Source: an uncultured Solirubrobacterales bacterium | GTDB taxonomy: Bacteria > Actinomycetota > Thermoleophilia > Solirubrobacterales > Solirubrobacteraceae | Assembly: GCA_963839105.1 (NCBI GenBank) | Contig: CAWITQ010000006.1 | Span: 434,791-498,790 of the forward strand | Reading direction: 5' to 3' | Length of the DNA stretch: 64,000 nt | Shown here: positions 10,940 through 21,932 of the stretch, in pieces | Layout of the letters: every line of letters starts with the position of its first letter | Numbering within the stretch: position 1 is the stretch's first letter | Position numbers and translations under genes: made by a program | Notes under the pieces: generated by a model | Seen by the model: the letters and a program-made list of their open reading frames with translations, nothing else | What the model was told of the DNA's origin: nothing | Database searches by the model: none

Positions 10940-11637
10940 GCGTGGTGCTCGTCACCGGCGCGGCCGCGGGCATCGGTGCCGCGTGCGTCGAGGCGTTCGC
11001 CGGTGCGGGTTGGGACGTGGTCGCCGTCGATCGGGAGCCGCTCGCGGACGGCATGGCCGGCGACGTCACGCGGCCGGAGGTGAACGTGGGCGCGGTGGGG
11101 CGCGCGATCGAGCGCTACGGGCGCCTCGACGCCGTGGTCGCCAACGCCGGCGCGAGCCTGGCCCTCTCGATCGACGACACCACCGATGAGGACATCGACC
11201 GGCTGTTCGCCGTCAACGTCCGCGCGGTGATCTACCTCGCCCAGGCCGCGCACGCCGCGCTCGCCGACAGCCGCGGGAGCTTCGTGGTGATGGCGTCGAA
11301 GACGGGGCTGGTGGCCCAGCCCGACTCGCCGCTGTACTGCGCCACCAAGGGTGCGGCGGTCCAGCTCGCGCGGGCGCTGGCCCTGGACTGGGCACCGGAG
11401 GGGATCCGGGTCAACGCCGTCTGCCCCGGCATCGTCGACACCCCGATGCTCGAGGGCTTCTTCGACGAGCTGCCCGAGCCGGACCGGGCCCGCCGGGAGT
11501 TCGCCACCGCTCAGCCGCTGGGGCGACTGGCGCGGCCGGCGGAGTGCGCGGCCGCGGCGCTGTTCCTCGCCTCGCCGAGCGCCTCGTTCATCACGGGGGT
11601 GGCGCTACCGGTCGACGGCGGCTTCACGGCGCAGTGA
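10936..11637 (+). CDS. Short-chain dehydrogenase/reductase
   Basis: TGAAAGIG, NAG, YCATKG, VDGG; GTGA overlap with the upstream gene. Confidence 0.9.
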   Translation: MSVVLVTGAAAGIGAACVEAFAGAGWDVVAVDREPLADGMAGDVTRPEVNVGAVGRAIERYGRLDAVVANAGASLALSIDDTTDEDIDRLFAVNVRAVIYLAQAAHAALADSRGSFVVMASKTGLVAQPDSPLYCATKGAAVQLARALALDWAPEGIRVNAVCPGIVDTPMLEGFFDELPEPDRARREFATAQPLGRLARPAECAAAALFLASPSASFITGVALPVDGGFTAQ

Positions 11638-12843
11638 GCTCGTCGCCCGCGCGGGGCGCGGGAGGGCGAGCACGAGGAGCAAGGCCAGCACGGGCAGCAC
11701 GGCGATCGTCTCGAACACCGCCGTGAGGCCGTGGGCGTCGCCGAGGAGGCCGAGGAGCGGCGCGCCCACGCCACCGAGCCCGATCGAGAGGCCGATGGTC
11801 ACGCCGGCGGACACGCCCAGGCGCCCGGGGAGGAACTCCTGGCCCATCACGATCGTCACCGCGAAGGTCGCGATCGTGGCCATGCCCGCCAGCGCCGCGA
11901 ACACCAGCGCGAGCGCCGGACCCGACAGCAGGAACCCGACGATCAGCGGAGGCAGCGTCAGCATCGAGCCGATCAGGACGGCCTTGCGGCCGAAGCGATC
12001 GGCGAGCGGGCCGCCGAGGAGCGTGCCGGCGGCGCCGCCCAGGAGCATCACGGTGAGAGCGCTGTTGCCGAGCGCCTTGCTCGCGTGCAGGACGTTCACG
12101 TAATAGAGCGGGACGAACGTGACCAGCCCGAAGTACACGAACGAGCGCAGGGCGATCACCGCCGCGAGCACGGCGAACGGCCCCCACGCCTCGCGCTCGT
12201 CGCCGCGCTTGACCCGGCCGCCGGAGACGTCGGAGCGGAATGTCCGCAGGCGCGGCAGCTCGTGCACGAGGACCGCGGCCATCGCGAAGGTCGGGATCAC
12301 CACGAACGCGGTGCCATGGAGGCCGAAGGCCAGGATCAGCGGCGTCACCATCACCGGCCCGAGCGCAAAGCCGACGTTGCCGCCGACGCTGAACAGGCTC
12401 ATGCCGCTGGCCCGCCGCTCACCCGAGACGTAGTTCGCGAAGCGCGAGGCCTCGGGGTGGAAGGCGGCCACGCCGAGCCCGCTCAGGACCACGGCGGCGA
12501 AGGTGAGGGCGTAGTTGGGCGCGAGGCCGGCGAGCGCGATCCCGAGCCCGCCGAGCGCCGGGCCGAGGGGCATCAGCCAGGGCAGCGAGTACCGGTCGGA
12601 GACGTGGCCGAACAGCGGCTGGACCACCGAGGAGGAGATCGTGGCGGCGAGGATCAGCGCCGAGGCCGCCGCGTAGTTCAGGTGATCCTGCGAGATCAGG
12701 AAGGGCAGCAGCGCCGGGACCGAGCCCTGGGCGATATCGGTGAACAGGTGGCCGAGGGACAGGGTGGCCATCGCCCGGCGGTCGACGCCGTGCAGCCGCG
12801 TGGCCGCGCGCAGGCGGCCGACCTGGACCGCTCCGGTGCTCAT
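11605..12843 (-). CDS. MFS transporter, Fsr (fosmidomycin resistance)-like
   Basis: GHLFTD, VQPLFGHVSDR, AAFHPEA, FSVGGNVG motifs; about 12 TM. Confidence 0.88.
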   Translation of the reverse strand: MSTGAVQVGRLRAATRLHGVDRRAMATLSLGHLFTDIAQGSVPALLPFLISQDHLNYAAASALILAATISSSVVQPLFGHVSDRYSLPWLMPLGPALGGLGIALAGLAPNYALTFAAVVLSGLGVAAFHPEASRFANYVSGERRASGMSLFSVGGNVGFALGPVMVTPLILAFGLHGTAFVVIPTFAMAAVLVHELPRLRTFRSDVSGGRVKRGDEREAWGPFAVLAAVIALRSFVYFGLVTFVPLYYVNVLHASKALGNSALTVMLLGGAAGTLLGGPLADRFGRKAVLIGSMLTLPPLIVGFLLSGPALALVFAALAGMATIATFAVTIVMGQEFLPGRLGVSAGVTIGLSIGLGGVGAPLLGLLGDAHGLTAVFETIAVLPVLALLLVLALPRPARATSSLRREAAVDR

Positions 12844-13285
12844 CGCTCGAGGCCGGCCAGCTTGGCGTGAACTTCTGCCTGCTTGGCGAGCAGCTCGCCC
12901 TCGAGGTCCGCGAGCGCGCAGGCGGCGGCCCCGGACGAGCTCGACCTGCGTGCCGATGTGCTCGAGGGCCTCGCTCAGGATGCGCCGCTGCGCGCCGGCA
13001 TCCTCGGTGGCGCGGTACTCGCGCCGGAGCTCGGCGCGGGCGTTCTCGGCCGCGGCCAGCTTGGTGAGCTGCTCGAGCGAAAGGCCGAGGAGATCCTTCA
13101 GGCGCAGGATCTCACGCACACGGTCGACGTCGTGGCCGGTGTAGCTGCGGTGCTTGCCCTGGTCGCGATCGGACGCCGCCGGGCAGGAGCCCGATCTCCT
13201 CGTAGTAGCGGATCGTCCGGGGAGTGGTGCCGGTCAGCTCCGCCACCTCGCCGATCCTCAGCGCGCGCTCGGCCGTCGTGCTCAT
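12840..13285 (-). CDS. MerR family transcriptional regulator (frameshifted)
   Basis: LRIGEVAELTGTTPRTIRYYEEIGLL HTH, continuing as LGLSLEQL in another frame. Confidence 0.88.
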
Positions 13286-14805
13286 GCTGCGGCCTGTACC
13301 TGGCGCTGCTCGGCCGGGCGGGGTTCGGACGCCGTCGCCGCGACGTGCTTGGGGCGCGCGGCGGCCACGAAGGCGCCGAGGACCGACACCGCGCACAGGC
13401 ACCAGAGCGCGGTGTGCATGTTGGCGATGAAGGGCGTGAGCTGCGCGGTCGAGATGTGGTTGGCGAGACCGGAGAAGACGCTGAAGAGCACGCTCTTGGG
13501 CACGGCCCGGGTGACGATCGCGAGCACGAACGCGATCGAGATCACCGCGCCGCTGTTCATCAGCAGGACGCGGGCGCCGGCGGCGATGCCACGTCGGTGC
13601 GGCGCCACCGTGCCCATCATGGCCGCGGCGTTGGGCGAGTTGAACATGCCCGATCCGACGCCGACGATGAACAGGAAGAGCCCGCTCCAGACGTAGCTCG
13701 TGTCGCGCTGGAGCATGGTCATGAGTCCGAGCCCGATGGCGGTGGCGATCATCCCGCCCACGGCCAGCGCGCGTGAGCCGCGGCGGTCCGCCCAGATCCC
13801 CGCCGGCGGAGAGGCGACGAGCATCCCGAGCGCCATCGGCGCCAGCTTGACGCCGGCGAGGACGGGCGAGTCGCCCTGGACGCCCTGGAAGTAGAAGACG
13901 AACAGGAACAGCAGCGCGAAGCGCGCCAGGCCGTTGATGAACGACGCGGCCGACGCGGCCGAGAACAGGCGGTTGTTGAAGATCGTCAGGTCGAGCATCG
14001 GCGCCTTGACGCGGCGCTCGATCACGACGAAGAGCGGCATGAGCACGGCGGCGGCGATCAGGCCGCCGATCACGAGGGGGTTGTTCCAGCCGGAGATTCC
14101 GCCCTTGGAGATGCCGTAGACGAGGCCGGTGAGGCCGACCAGGAAGGTCAGCGTTCCGGCGGCGTCGAACGAGCGATCCTCCGAGCGCCCGGTCAGCTCG
14201 CGCAGGACCATCGCGCCCCAGAGGCAGCCGATGAGCGCGAAGGGCACGTTGAACCAGAACACCCACGGCCAGCTGATGGCGACGAGGCCGCCACCGAGCA
14301 CCGGGCCGATGACCAGGCCGACGGCGCCGACCATCGTGTTCGTGCCCATCGCCAGGCCGAGCTGCTCCTTCGGGAAGGCGTCGGTGACGATCGCCCCGGT
14401 GTTGGCGAACAGGAACGCGCCACCGATCCCCTGGAGGATCCGCCACAGGATCAGCTGCGTGCCGTTGTCCGCAAAGCCGGCGCCGAGCGACGCCGCCGCG
14501 AAGATGAGGAACCCGCCGAGGTACGCCTTCTTGCGGCCGAACTGATCCGACAGCCGGCCGGCCGAGAGGACGAGCACGGTCGAGGCGATCATGTAGACGA
14601 GGATCACCCAGACCAGCTCGAGCAGGCTCGTGTGGAGGCTCCGCTCGAGGTCGGGCAGCGCGATGATCAGCGTCCCCGAGTTGATCGTCGCCAGCAGCAT
14701 CCCGAGGCTCGTGCACGACAGAGCCCACCACTTGTAGGAGTTGTGGCCGGCATCGGCGCCGATGCGCCGGCGGGTGGTGGGGATGGTCTCGGTGGCGGAG
14801 TTCAC
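13282..14805 (-). CDS. DHA2 (EmrB/QacA) family MFS transporter
   Basis: About 14 TM, GRLSDQFGRKK, RILQGIGGA, WPWVFWFNVP motifs. Confidence 0.92.
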   Translation of the reverse strand: MNSATETIPTTRRRIGADAGHNSYKWWALSCTSLGMLLATINSGTLIIALPDLERSLHTSLLELVWVILVYMIASTVLVLSAGRLSDQFGRKKAYLGGFLIFAAASLGAGFADNGTQLILWRILQGIGGAFLFANTGAIVTDAFPKEQLGLAMGTNTMVGAVGLVIGPVLGGGLVAISWPWVFWFNVPFALIGCLWGAMVLRELTGRSEDRSFDAAGTLTFLVGLTGLVYGISKGGISGWNNPLVIGGLIAAAVLMPLFVVIERRVKAPMLDLTIFNNRLFSAASAASFINGLARFALLFLFVFYFQGVQGDSPVLAGVKLAPMALGMLVASPPAGIWADRRGSRALAVGGMIATAIGLGLMTMLQRDTSYVWSGLFLFIVGVGSGMFNSPNAAAMMGTVAPHRRGIAAGARVLLMNSGAVISIAFVLAIVTRAVPKSVLFSVFSGLANHISTAQLTPFIANMHTALWCLCAVSVLGAFVAAARPKHVAATASEPRPAEQRQVQAAA

Positions 14806-14817
14806 GTAAACGTCAAC
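14800..14817. promoter_or_regulatory. Dyad operator GTTGACGT-TT-ACGTGAAC, probable MerR-family site
   Basis: 18-bp near-perfect inverted repeat just downstream of a TAAAGT -10 box and overlapping the GTG start of the MFS-merR-MFS unit. Confidence 0.65.
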
Positions 14818-14867
14818 TTTAGCATGGGGCGGGCGGTGCGGCGCGAGCGGCGGGATCGGCGAACCGG

Positions 14868-15045
14868 GCGCGCCGAGAGGAACGTTTTGCCCGCCCCCCG
14901 CTTGACCCGGACGATCGGGCCGGGGGGCGCGGCAAACGTCGCCTTCGGCGGCGCGGTGGCGCCGAAGTCGCGGAAGTCCGCGCTCAGCGCGGCAAAGCTC
15001 GACCTCGGCGAATGGGACGCGGCGAGAGGAACGTTGGCCGCGATC
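14868..15045. repeat. Mosaic of REP-like palindromic repeats
   Basis: GAGAGGAACGTT twice, GCGCGGCAAA..TCG..TCGGCG twice; ACGTTTTGCC/GGCAAACGT and CCCCCCG/CGGGGGG hairpin arms. Confidence 0.5.
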
Positions 15046-15075
15046 CCGGTGTAAGGCGCGCTCTCCTGGCCGCGG

Positions 15076-16217
15076 CTATTCGAACGCCGCCACGGTGGCG
15101 AGGATCACGAACGTCGCCACGAGCGCCGCTCCCTCGAACGACGTCGCCTCCCCGTCACCGGTGATCTGCCAGACGATCACCGCCGTGCCGAACAGCGCTC
15201 CGATGTACACCGGCGCCAGCGCAAACGTCAACGCGCTCGCCGTCAGCAGCGACACGAGCACGAGCACCGGATACATGAAGGCGGCGATCTGCGCCACCGA
15301 GTTCTTGACCACGGAGATCGCCAGCTCGGACTGCCCCTTGGCCGCGAGCACCACGCCGACGGCGTGCTCGACCGCGTTGCCGGCGATGGCGACGATCACC
15401 AGGCCCGCGAAGGCCCGGGAGATGTGGAGGGTGTGGATCGTCGGCTCGAGCGCGTGCACGAACCAGTCCGACACGAAGGCCGACCCGACGCCGCCAGCGC
15501 CGAGCAGCACCAGGCTGACGGCCGTCGGCACCCGGGGCGTCGGTGGCGTGCTCGGGCGCCGGCGGACTCGGTCGTCAGGTACTGGCGCAGCCACCACCCG
15601 TACACGACCAGGATCGCCACCGCGCCCACGATCGAGATCGTCCGGTTGTGATGGCTCGCCGGATCGTGGGACGCGTTGGTCAGCCCGATCAGCACGATGA
15701 TGAACGTGGCGATCAGCAGCAGCGTCGCGGTGTCGTTGGGCAGGCGGGCGCTGAAGCGCATGACGCCGTCACGCGCGTTGAGGGCGCCGGCGATGAGCAC
15801 GAACCCGAGCACGAGGAGCGCGTTGACCAGGATCGACCCGACGATCGCCGTCTGGGCCACCACCACATCGCGCGCCTGGAGGGCGAAGAAGACGACGAAG
15901 AACTCGGGCAGGTTGCCCAGGCTCGACTGCATGAGGCCGGTGGCGGCGGCGCCGAACCGCGCGCCCACCTGCTCGGTCCCGAACGAGACCAGCCACGCCA
16001 GCCCCGCGAGCGCGAACGCGGCGACGATGAAGGCCACGACGTGGGAGACGCCGTGGACGTAGCGAAGCACGCCGGCGAGCGCGCTCACCACGACGATCGC
16101 GGCGATGAGCGCGCGCTCGGGTCGGGTTATCCCGCTCAGGCCGCCGCCTCGCGTCCCGGGTCCGGGCTGCTCCGCGCCCCGTGGCCCCGGCTCACGAGCT
16201 GACCCGCTCGAACTCAC
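15076..16217 (-). CDS. Ca2+/H+ antiporter (CAX/ChaA family; frameshift near 15570)
   Basis: Alpha repeats GNLPE and GNAVEH, GSILVNALLVLG; start uncertain. Confidence 0.88.
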
Positions 16218-17404
16218 CGGTCTCGATATCGCGCGCCACCGCGGCCTCGACCTCGAACTCGCTGGTGTCCGGGTCCGTCCGGCGCAGCTCGCGCAGGCGC
16301 CAGTGCTTGAACTTGAGGATCTCGAGCACGTAGACGAGGTAGACGCTGGCCGCCAGGGCGATCAGGCCGAGCGATCCCCATCACGATCGACCATCCCAGG
16401 TGGTAGTGGCCGTGGTGGTCGGAGTAGGGGACGAAGCGAAGCGCCACCGCCACGCCGGCCAGGAGCAGCGACCAGCCGTACAGGTAGGCCACGGTCTTGC
16501 GCTGGCTGAAGCCGATCCGCGCCATTCGGTGGTGGAAGTGGTTGGCGTCGGCGTCCCACGGCCGGCGGTGGTACTTCAGCCGCTTGGCCACCACGAAGCC
16601 CGTGTCCAGGAACGGGACGGCCAGGATCACGAGCGGCACGACCAGGGCGACCACCGCGTTGGTCTTCAGCGAGCCGACCACCGCGGCCACGCCGAGCAGG
16701 TAGCCGAGCAGGTTCGCGCCCGAGTCGCCCATGAACACCGAGGCCGGGTGGAAGTTGTAGAACAGGAAGCCGAGCGAGGCGCCGGCGGTGAGGGCGGCGA
16801 GCGTGCCCGCGGAGTTGACGCCCAGGTCGAAGGCGATGATCGCGAACGCCACCCCGTCGATCGTGCACAGGCCGGCGGCCAGACCGTCGACCCCGTCGGA
16901 GAAGTTGACGACGTTCATCAGCCCGACCAGCCAGAGCGCGCTGAGCGCGCCGCCTGCGTTCGGGAACTGGAGCGAGCCGATGAACGGCAGCGTCACGTCG
17001 GTGACCACCACGCCGCCCTCGACGGCGATCACCGCCGCCGCGATCTGCCCGCGCAGCTTCCAGTACCAGGGCAGGTCGCGCGCGTCGTCGATCGCGCCGA
17101 CCAGCGTGATCACGCACGCGCCGGCGACGATCGCCCAGAGGTGGACGGTCCCGCCGGGACCCGGCCGTCCGTGCGGCGTGTGTTGCAGATGGATCGTCGC
17201 CGGCACCCAGATGATCGCGGCCACGAGCACCCCGGCCAGAATCGCCATGCCGCCCAGCGCCGGCGTATCTGTCTCGGCGAGGCCCCTTTCACTCGGCCGG
17301 GCGAGGATGCCGATGCGCTTCGCCGCCGCGGCGGCGACCGGCGTCAACCCGGCCGCGATCGCCATCGCGACGAGGAAGGCGAACACGGCGTCGGAGTAGT
17401 CCAT
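16192..17404 (-). CDS. MraY/WecA/TagO family polyprenyl-phosphate GlcNAc-1-P transferase (3' frameshift)
   Basis: TPALGG, GAIDD, NFSDGVDGLA, FMGDSG, HFHHR motifs. Confidence 0.92.
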
Positions 17405-17509
17405 GGTCTGCGGAAAGCATGGCAGCCCCGGCCGATCGCAGGTTTCAGATCGCGGCAGTCCCGGCTTGGAAGGCGTGGATCGCCGGCGTAGTCAGCAGCC
17501 GGGCTGTCG

Positions 17510-18815
17510 CTACGAGACGCCCGCGGGCGCGCCCAGCCGCGCGTACAGCGGGTAGCGCTCGGCGATGGCCGCGACGCGCTCGCCGAGCTCGGCCTGGTGC
17601 TCGTCGAACGAGTCGGCGACGAGCGCCTCGGCGATGATCCTTCCGACCTCGACGAAGTCCTCGGCCTGGAGGCCGCGGGTGGCCAGCGCCGGCGTTCCGA
17701 TCCGCAACCCCGATGACACCGCCGGCGGCCGGGGGTCGAACGGCACGGCGTTGCGGTTGACGGTGATGCCGACCGCGGCGAGGCGGTCCTCGGCCTGCTT
17801 GCCGTCGAGCGGGGACTCGCGCAGATCGCACAGCACGAGGTGCACGTCGGTCCCGCCGGTGAGGACGTTGACGCCGGCGCCGGCGGAGAGGAGCTCCTCG
17901 GCGACGGCGCGCGCGCCGGCGAGCGTGCGCTGCTGGCGCTCGCGGAAGGCCTCGGAGGCGGCGATCTTGAGCGCAACCGCCTTGCCGGCGATCACATGCT
18001 CGAGCGGGCCGCCCTGCTGGCCGGGGAACACGGCGGAGTCGATCTTCTTGGCCAGCTCCTCGGTGCACAGGATCATCCCGCCGCGCCCGCCACCGATCGT
18101 CTTGTGCGTCGTGGTCGTGACCACGTGCGCGTGCGGGACGGGGCTGGGGTGAAGGCCGGCGGCGACGAGGCCGGCGAAGTGCGCCATGTCCACCACCAGG
18201 TAGGCGCCCGACCTCGTCGGCGATCGCCCGGAAGCGCTCGAAGTCGAGCTGCCGGGGGTAGGCCGACCAGCCGGCGAGGATCATCTTCGGCTTGCGCTCG
18301 TGGGCGAGCCGCTCGACCTCGTCCATGTCGATCAGGCTCGTCTCGCGCGAGACGTGGTACGGGACGATGTCGTAGAGCCGGCCGGAGAAGTTGATCTTCA
18401 TCCCGTGGGTGAGATGGCCCCCGTGCGCCAGCTCGAGCCCCATCACGGTGTCGCCGGCCTGGAGCAGCGCGTGGTAGGCGGCGGCGTTGGCCTGAGCGCC
18501 CGCGCTCGGCTGCACGTTGGCGTGCTCGGCTCCGAACAGCGCCTTGGCGCGGTCGATGGCGAGCTGCTCGGCGACGTCGATGTACTCGCAGCCGCCGTAG
18601 TAGCGCCGGCCGGGATAGCCCTCGGCGTACTTGTTGGTCAGGACCGAGCCCTGGCACTCGAGCACCGCCATCGGGACGAAGTTCTCCGAGGCGATCATCT
18701 CGAGCGTGCGCTGCTGGCGCTCGAGCTCGTTCGCCAGCACGTCGGCGATCTCCGGGTCCACCTCGGCCAGCGGCCGGTTGAAGAAATCAGACGGAAGCTC
18801 GGCGTCCACTGCCAT
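17510..18815 (-). CDS. glyA: Serine hydroxymethyltransferase (frameshift near 18205)
   Basis: [35 protein letters not shown] motifs. Confidence 0.96.
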
Positions 18816-18830
18816 CGAAGATACCAGCGC

Positions 18831-20055
18831 TCAGCCCGGAAGCTCGCGCGGCTCCCGCTGCGCCGAGCGCGCCGCTGGGTGTCCGGGGAGGTCCGCGGCG
18901 ACCACCGCCAGGTCCCGCTCGGCCCATGTCACCCGCGCCTCGAACCCGGCCTCGCGACAACCAGCCGAGCTGATCCTCGAGTCGGCTGGGGAAGTCGTAG
19001 CCCTCCGAGAGCGGCGTGAGCGCATCGGCTGGATCCTCCGGCAGCACCACGTCACCCAGGACGAAGCGGCCTCCCGGCCGCAGCGCGCCCGCCACGCGCC
19101 GGAACAGCTCGGCCTTCTCGGCCCCGCGCAGGTGGTGGACGCAGAGCGCGCTGGCCACGAGATCGAACGTCCCGTCGGGGAGCGGGTCCTCGAGGCGGCT
19201 CACCCGGAGCTCCACCCGCCCCGCGGGTAGCCCACCGCGCGCCGAATCGAGCATCGCCGGGTTCTCGTCGATGCCCACGAGCGTCGCCTCGGGGTGGCGC
19301 TCGAGCAGCCGCCGGGCGGTCTCCCCCGTCCCGGTGCCGAGCTCGAGCACGCGCCGCGCGCCGGCGCCGCTCGCCTCCGCCACCGCGTCCTCGAAGCGCT
19401 CGAACGCCGGCACCTCGCCGCGGATCATCTCGGCGTAGGTGCCCGGGTCGAAGTGGAACTGCCACCCGAGCGCCTCCTTCAGCGTCGCCTCCGGAACCGC
19501 CCCCTGGCGGACCACGGTCCAGTCGCCGGTCTCCTCGTACTCGCGCAGGTCGACCACGGTCGATGGCGTCCCGGGGAGCTCGCCACCGTCGACGATCAGG
19601 TCCACGGCGGCGCGGATCAGCGTCGGGATGTCCTCGACCCGTCGCGCATCCGGTCCGCCCGCCCGGTTGGCGCTCGACTGGAGCACGGGCCGGGATACCC
19701 CATCGAGCGCGGGCACGCGGACCACCCGGACGCCGAGCGTCGCCGGATCATCGGCGCAGGCAAGCCGGAATCGGCGCGCCGGGTTCGGGAGGAGCAGCGA
19801 CACCCCACCGGGCATCAGGCGGCGCATCGCTTCCTGAGTGCGCTCTCCCAGCTCCGGCAGCGCCGCCAGCGCCGCATCCAGCGAGAAGAACATGACCGCG
19901 GAGGGCTTGTTCGTCCGCCGTCGCTTGAGCAGGTAGAGGCGCTCGACCGCGAACCGGTTGTCGGGGTCGCAGGCCAGGCCGTACACGGTGTCGGCCGGGA
20001 ACACAGCCACGCCGCCGACGGCGAGGCACCGCTCGAACGCCTCGGCCTCGCTCAC
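18831..20055 (-). CDS. tsaC: L-threonylcarbamoyladenylate synthase (TsaC/Sua5) fused to a class I SAM methyltransferase
   Basis: PADTVYGL, KRR..NKP, SSAN, PSTVVD, then in-frame LELGTGTG and LRPGGRFVLGD; 3' frameshift near 18955. Confidence 0.82.
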
Positions 20056-20874
20056 CGCCGCCCGACGACCACCCGCTCGTGACCGGCCAGGTCGCGCAGA
20101 CGCTCGACCGTGGGAAAGCCGGCCTGGCGCAGGAGCTCAGAGACCGCTCCGCCCTGGCCGAACCCCATCTCGAGCGCCACCAGCTCAGTCCCATCGACCA
20201 TCCCGAGCAGGCGGCGGATCAGCTCCAGCCCGTCCTCGCCGGAAAACAGCGCCTGCGCCGGCTCGTAGCTTGCGATCTCCGGGGCGAGCGGCACGCCATC
20301 CGGGACGTAAGGCAGGTTCGCGAGCACCGCGTCGAACCGTCCGCGCGGCATCAGGTCGGCTTGGACAAAGCCCACGTCCAACCCCAGCCGCTGCGCGTTC
20401 CCGCGCGCCACGGCGAGCGCGCCTGCGCTCACGTCGCTCCCCACCACCGACAGATCCGGCCGCTCGTGCTTCAGCGCCAGCGCCACCGCGCCGCTCCCGG
20501 TGCCGACATCGACGACCCGCGCACCGTGCCCCAACCCCAGCCCGACCTCGACCAGGAGCTCGGTCTCCGGACGGGGGATCGAGCACCCGCCGGTCCACCC
20601 AGAGCGAGATCCAGCGGAAGTCCCTGCGGCCGACGATGTAGGCGACGGGCTCGCGCGCGGCCCGGCGCGCCACCAGCTCGCCGAAGCGGTTCAGACGCGC
20701 GCGCTCGACTGCCGCTCTCGCATCGATCACGAGTCGCTCCCGCCCCACCCCGAGCGCGAACGCCAGCAGCAGCTCGGCATCGAGCCGGGGCGTGTCACAG
20801 CCCGCCTCGGCGAGCCTCAAGGTCGCGTCGGCGAGCGCATCGCGCACGCGCACCGCGACCGTCTCAGACCGCAT
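20052..20874 (-). CDS. prmC: Release factor glutamine methyltransferase (frameshift near 20580)
   Basis: [32 protein letters not shown] motifs; follows prfA. Confidence 0.93.
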
Positions 20875-21917
20875 CGGCCCGCTCTTGCAGGCGCTGACGC
20901 TTCTCGTCGTCCTGTAGCGCCCCGGTGAGCTCGTCGAGCTCGCCCATCAGGATCCCGTCCAGGTTGTGCACGAGCAGGTTGATGCGGTGGTCCTTGACCC
21001 GCTTCTCGGGGAAGTTGTAGGTGCGGATCTTCTCGGCCCGCTCGCCGGTTCCCACCTGGGCCTGACGTGAAGCCGCGACCGCAGCCTGCTGCTCGGCGAG
21101 CGCGCGCTCGTAGAGCCGGGCGCGGAGGACGCGCATGGCGCGCTCGCGGTTCTGAAGCTGGGACTTCTCATCCTGCATCGAGACCACGATGCCGGTCGGC
21201 TTGTGGGTGATCCGCACCGCCGAGTCCGTCGTGTTGACCGACTGCCCACCCGGGCCCGAGCTGCGGTAGACGTCGATCTGGAGGTCGTTCGGGATCGACC
21301 TCGACCTCGACGTCGTCGGCCTCGGGCAGGACCGCCACCGTCGCCGTGGAGGTGTGGATCCGCCCCTGGGACTCGGTTTCGGGCACGCGCTGGACGCGGT
21401 GGGTGCCGCCCTCGAACTTGAACACCGAATACGCCCCGTCTCCCTTGACGGCGAAGGTGTAGGTCCCGTCCCCGATGGCCAGCGGCTCGACGCTGAACCC
21501 GAGTCGCTCGGCGTAGCGGGTGAGCATCCGGTAGAGGTCTCCGGCCCACAGACCGGCCTCGTCCCCACCCGCGCCGGGCCGGATCTCGACGATCACGTTC
21601 TTATCGTCGTTGGGGTCGCGCTCGACCATGGCCAGGCGGATCTCCTCCTCGAGCGCGTCGATGCGCTCGCGCGAGGTGTCCATCAGCGCCCGGAGCTCGG
21701 GATCGTTGCCGTCCTCGTCCAGCAGCTCGCGCGCTCCCTCGAAGTCGTCAACGGCGTGCCGGTACTCGCTCGCCAGCTTGGCCGCCGGCTCCAGCTCGCG
21801 GTAGGCGCGGCTGGCCGCGGTGAAGCGCTCACGATTCCCGATCACCTCGGGATCCGAGAGGTCCTCCTGGAGGGCGCCGAATCGCGCCTCGATCTGGGAG
21901 ACGAGCTCGTCGATCAT
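20864..21917 (-). CDS. prfA: Peptide chain release factor 1 (frameshift near 21295)
   Basis: [12 protein letters not shown] (PxT), [21 protein letters not shown] motifs. Confidence 0.96.
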
Positions 21918-21932
21918 GGTCGAGTTCGAGTT

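Noticed and set aside
9142-11637. 831-aa amidohydrolase-SDR fusion ORF
   Set aside because: Artefact of a frameshift; the amidohydrolase ends at TGA 10939 and the SDR starts at overlapping GTG 10936
20864-21917. Programmed frameshift in the release factor gene
   Set aside because: Programmed shifting is a prfB feature (CTT TGA); this is RF1 (PxT motif) and the break resembles the many other single-base indels
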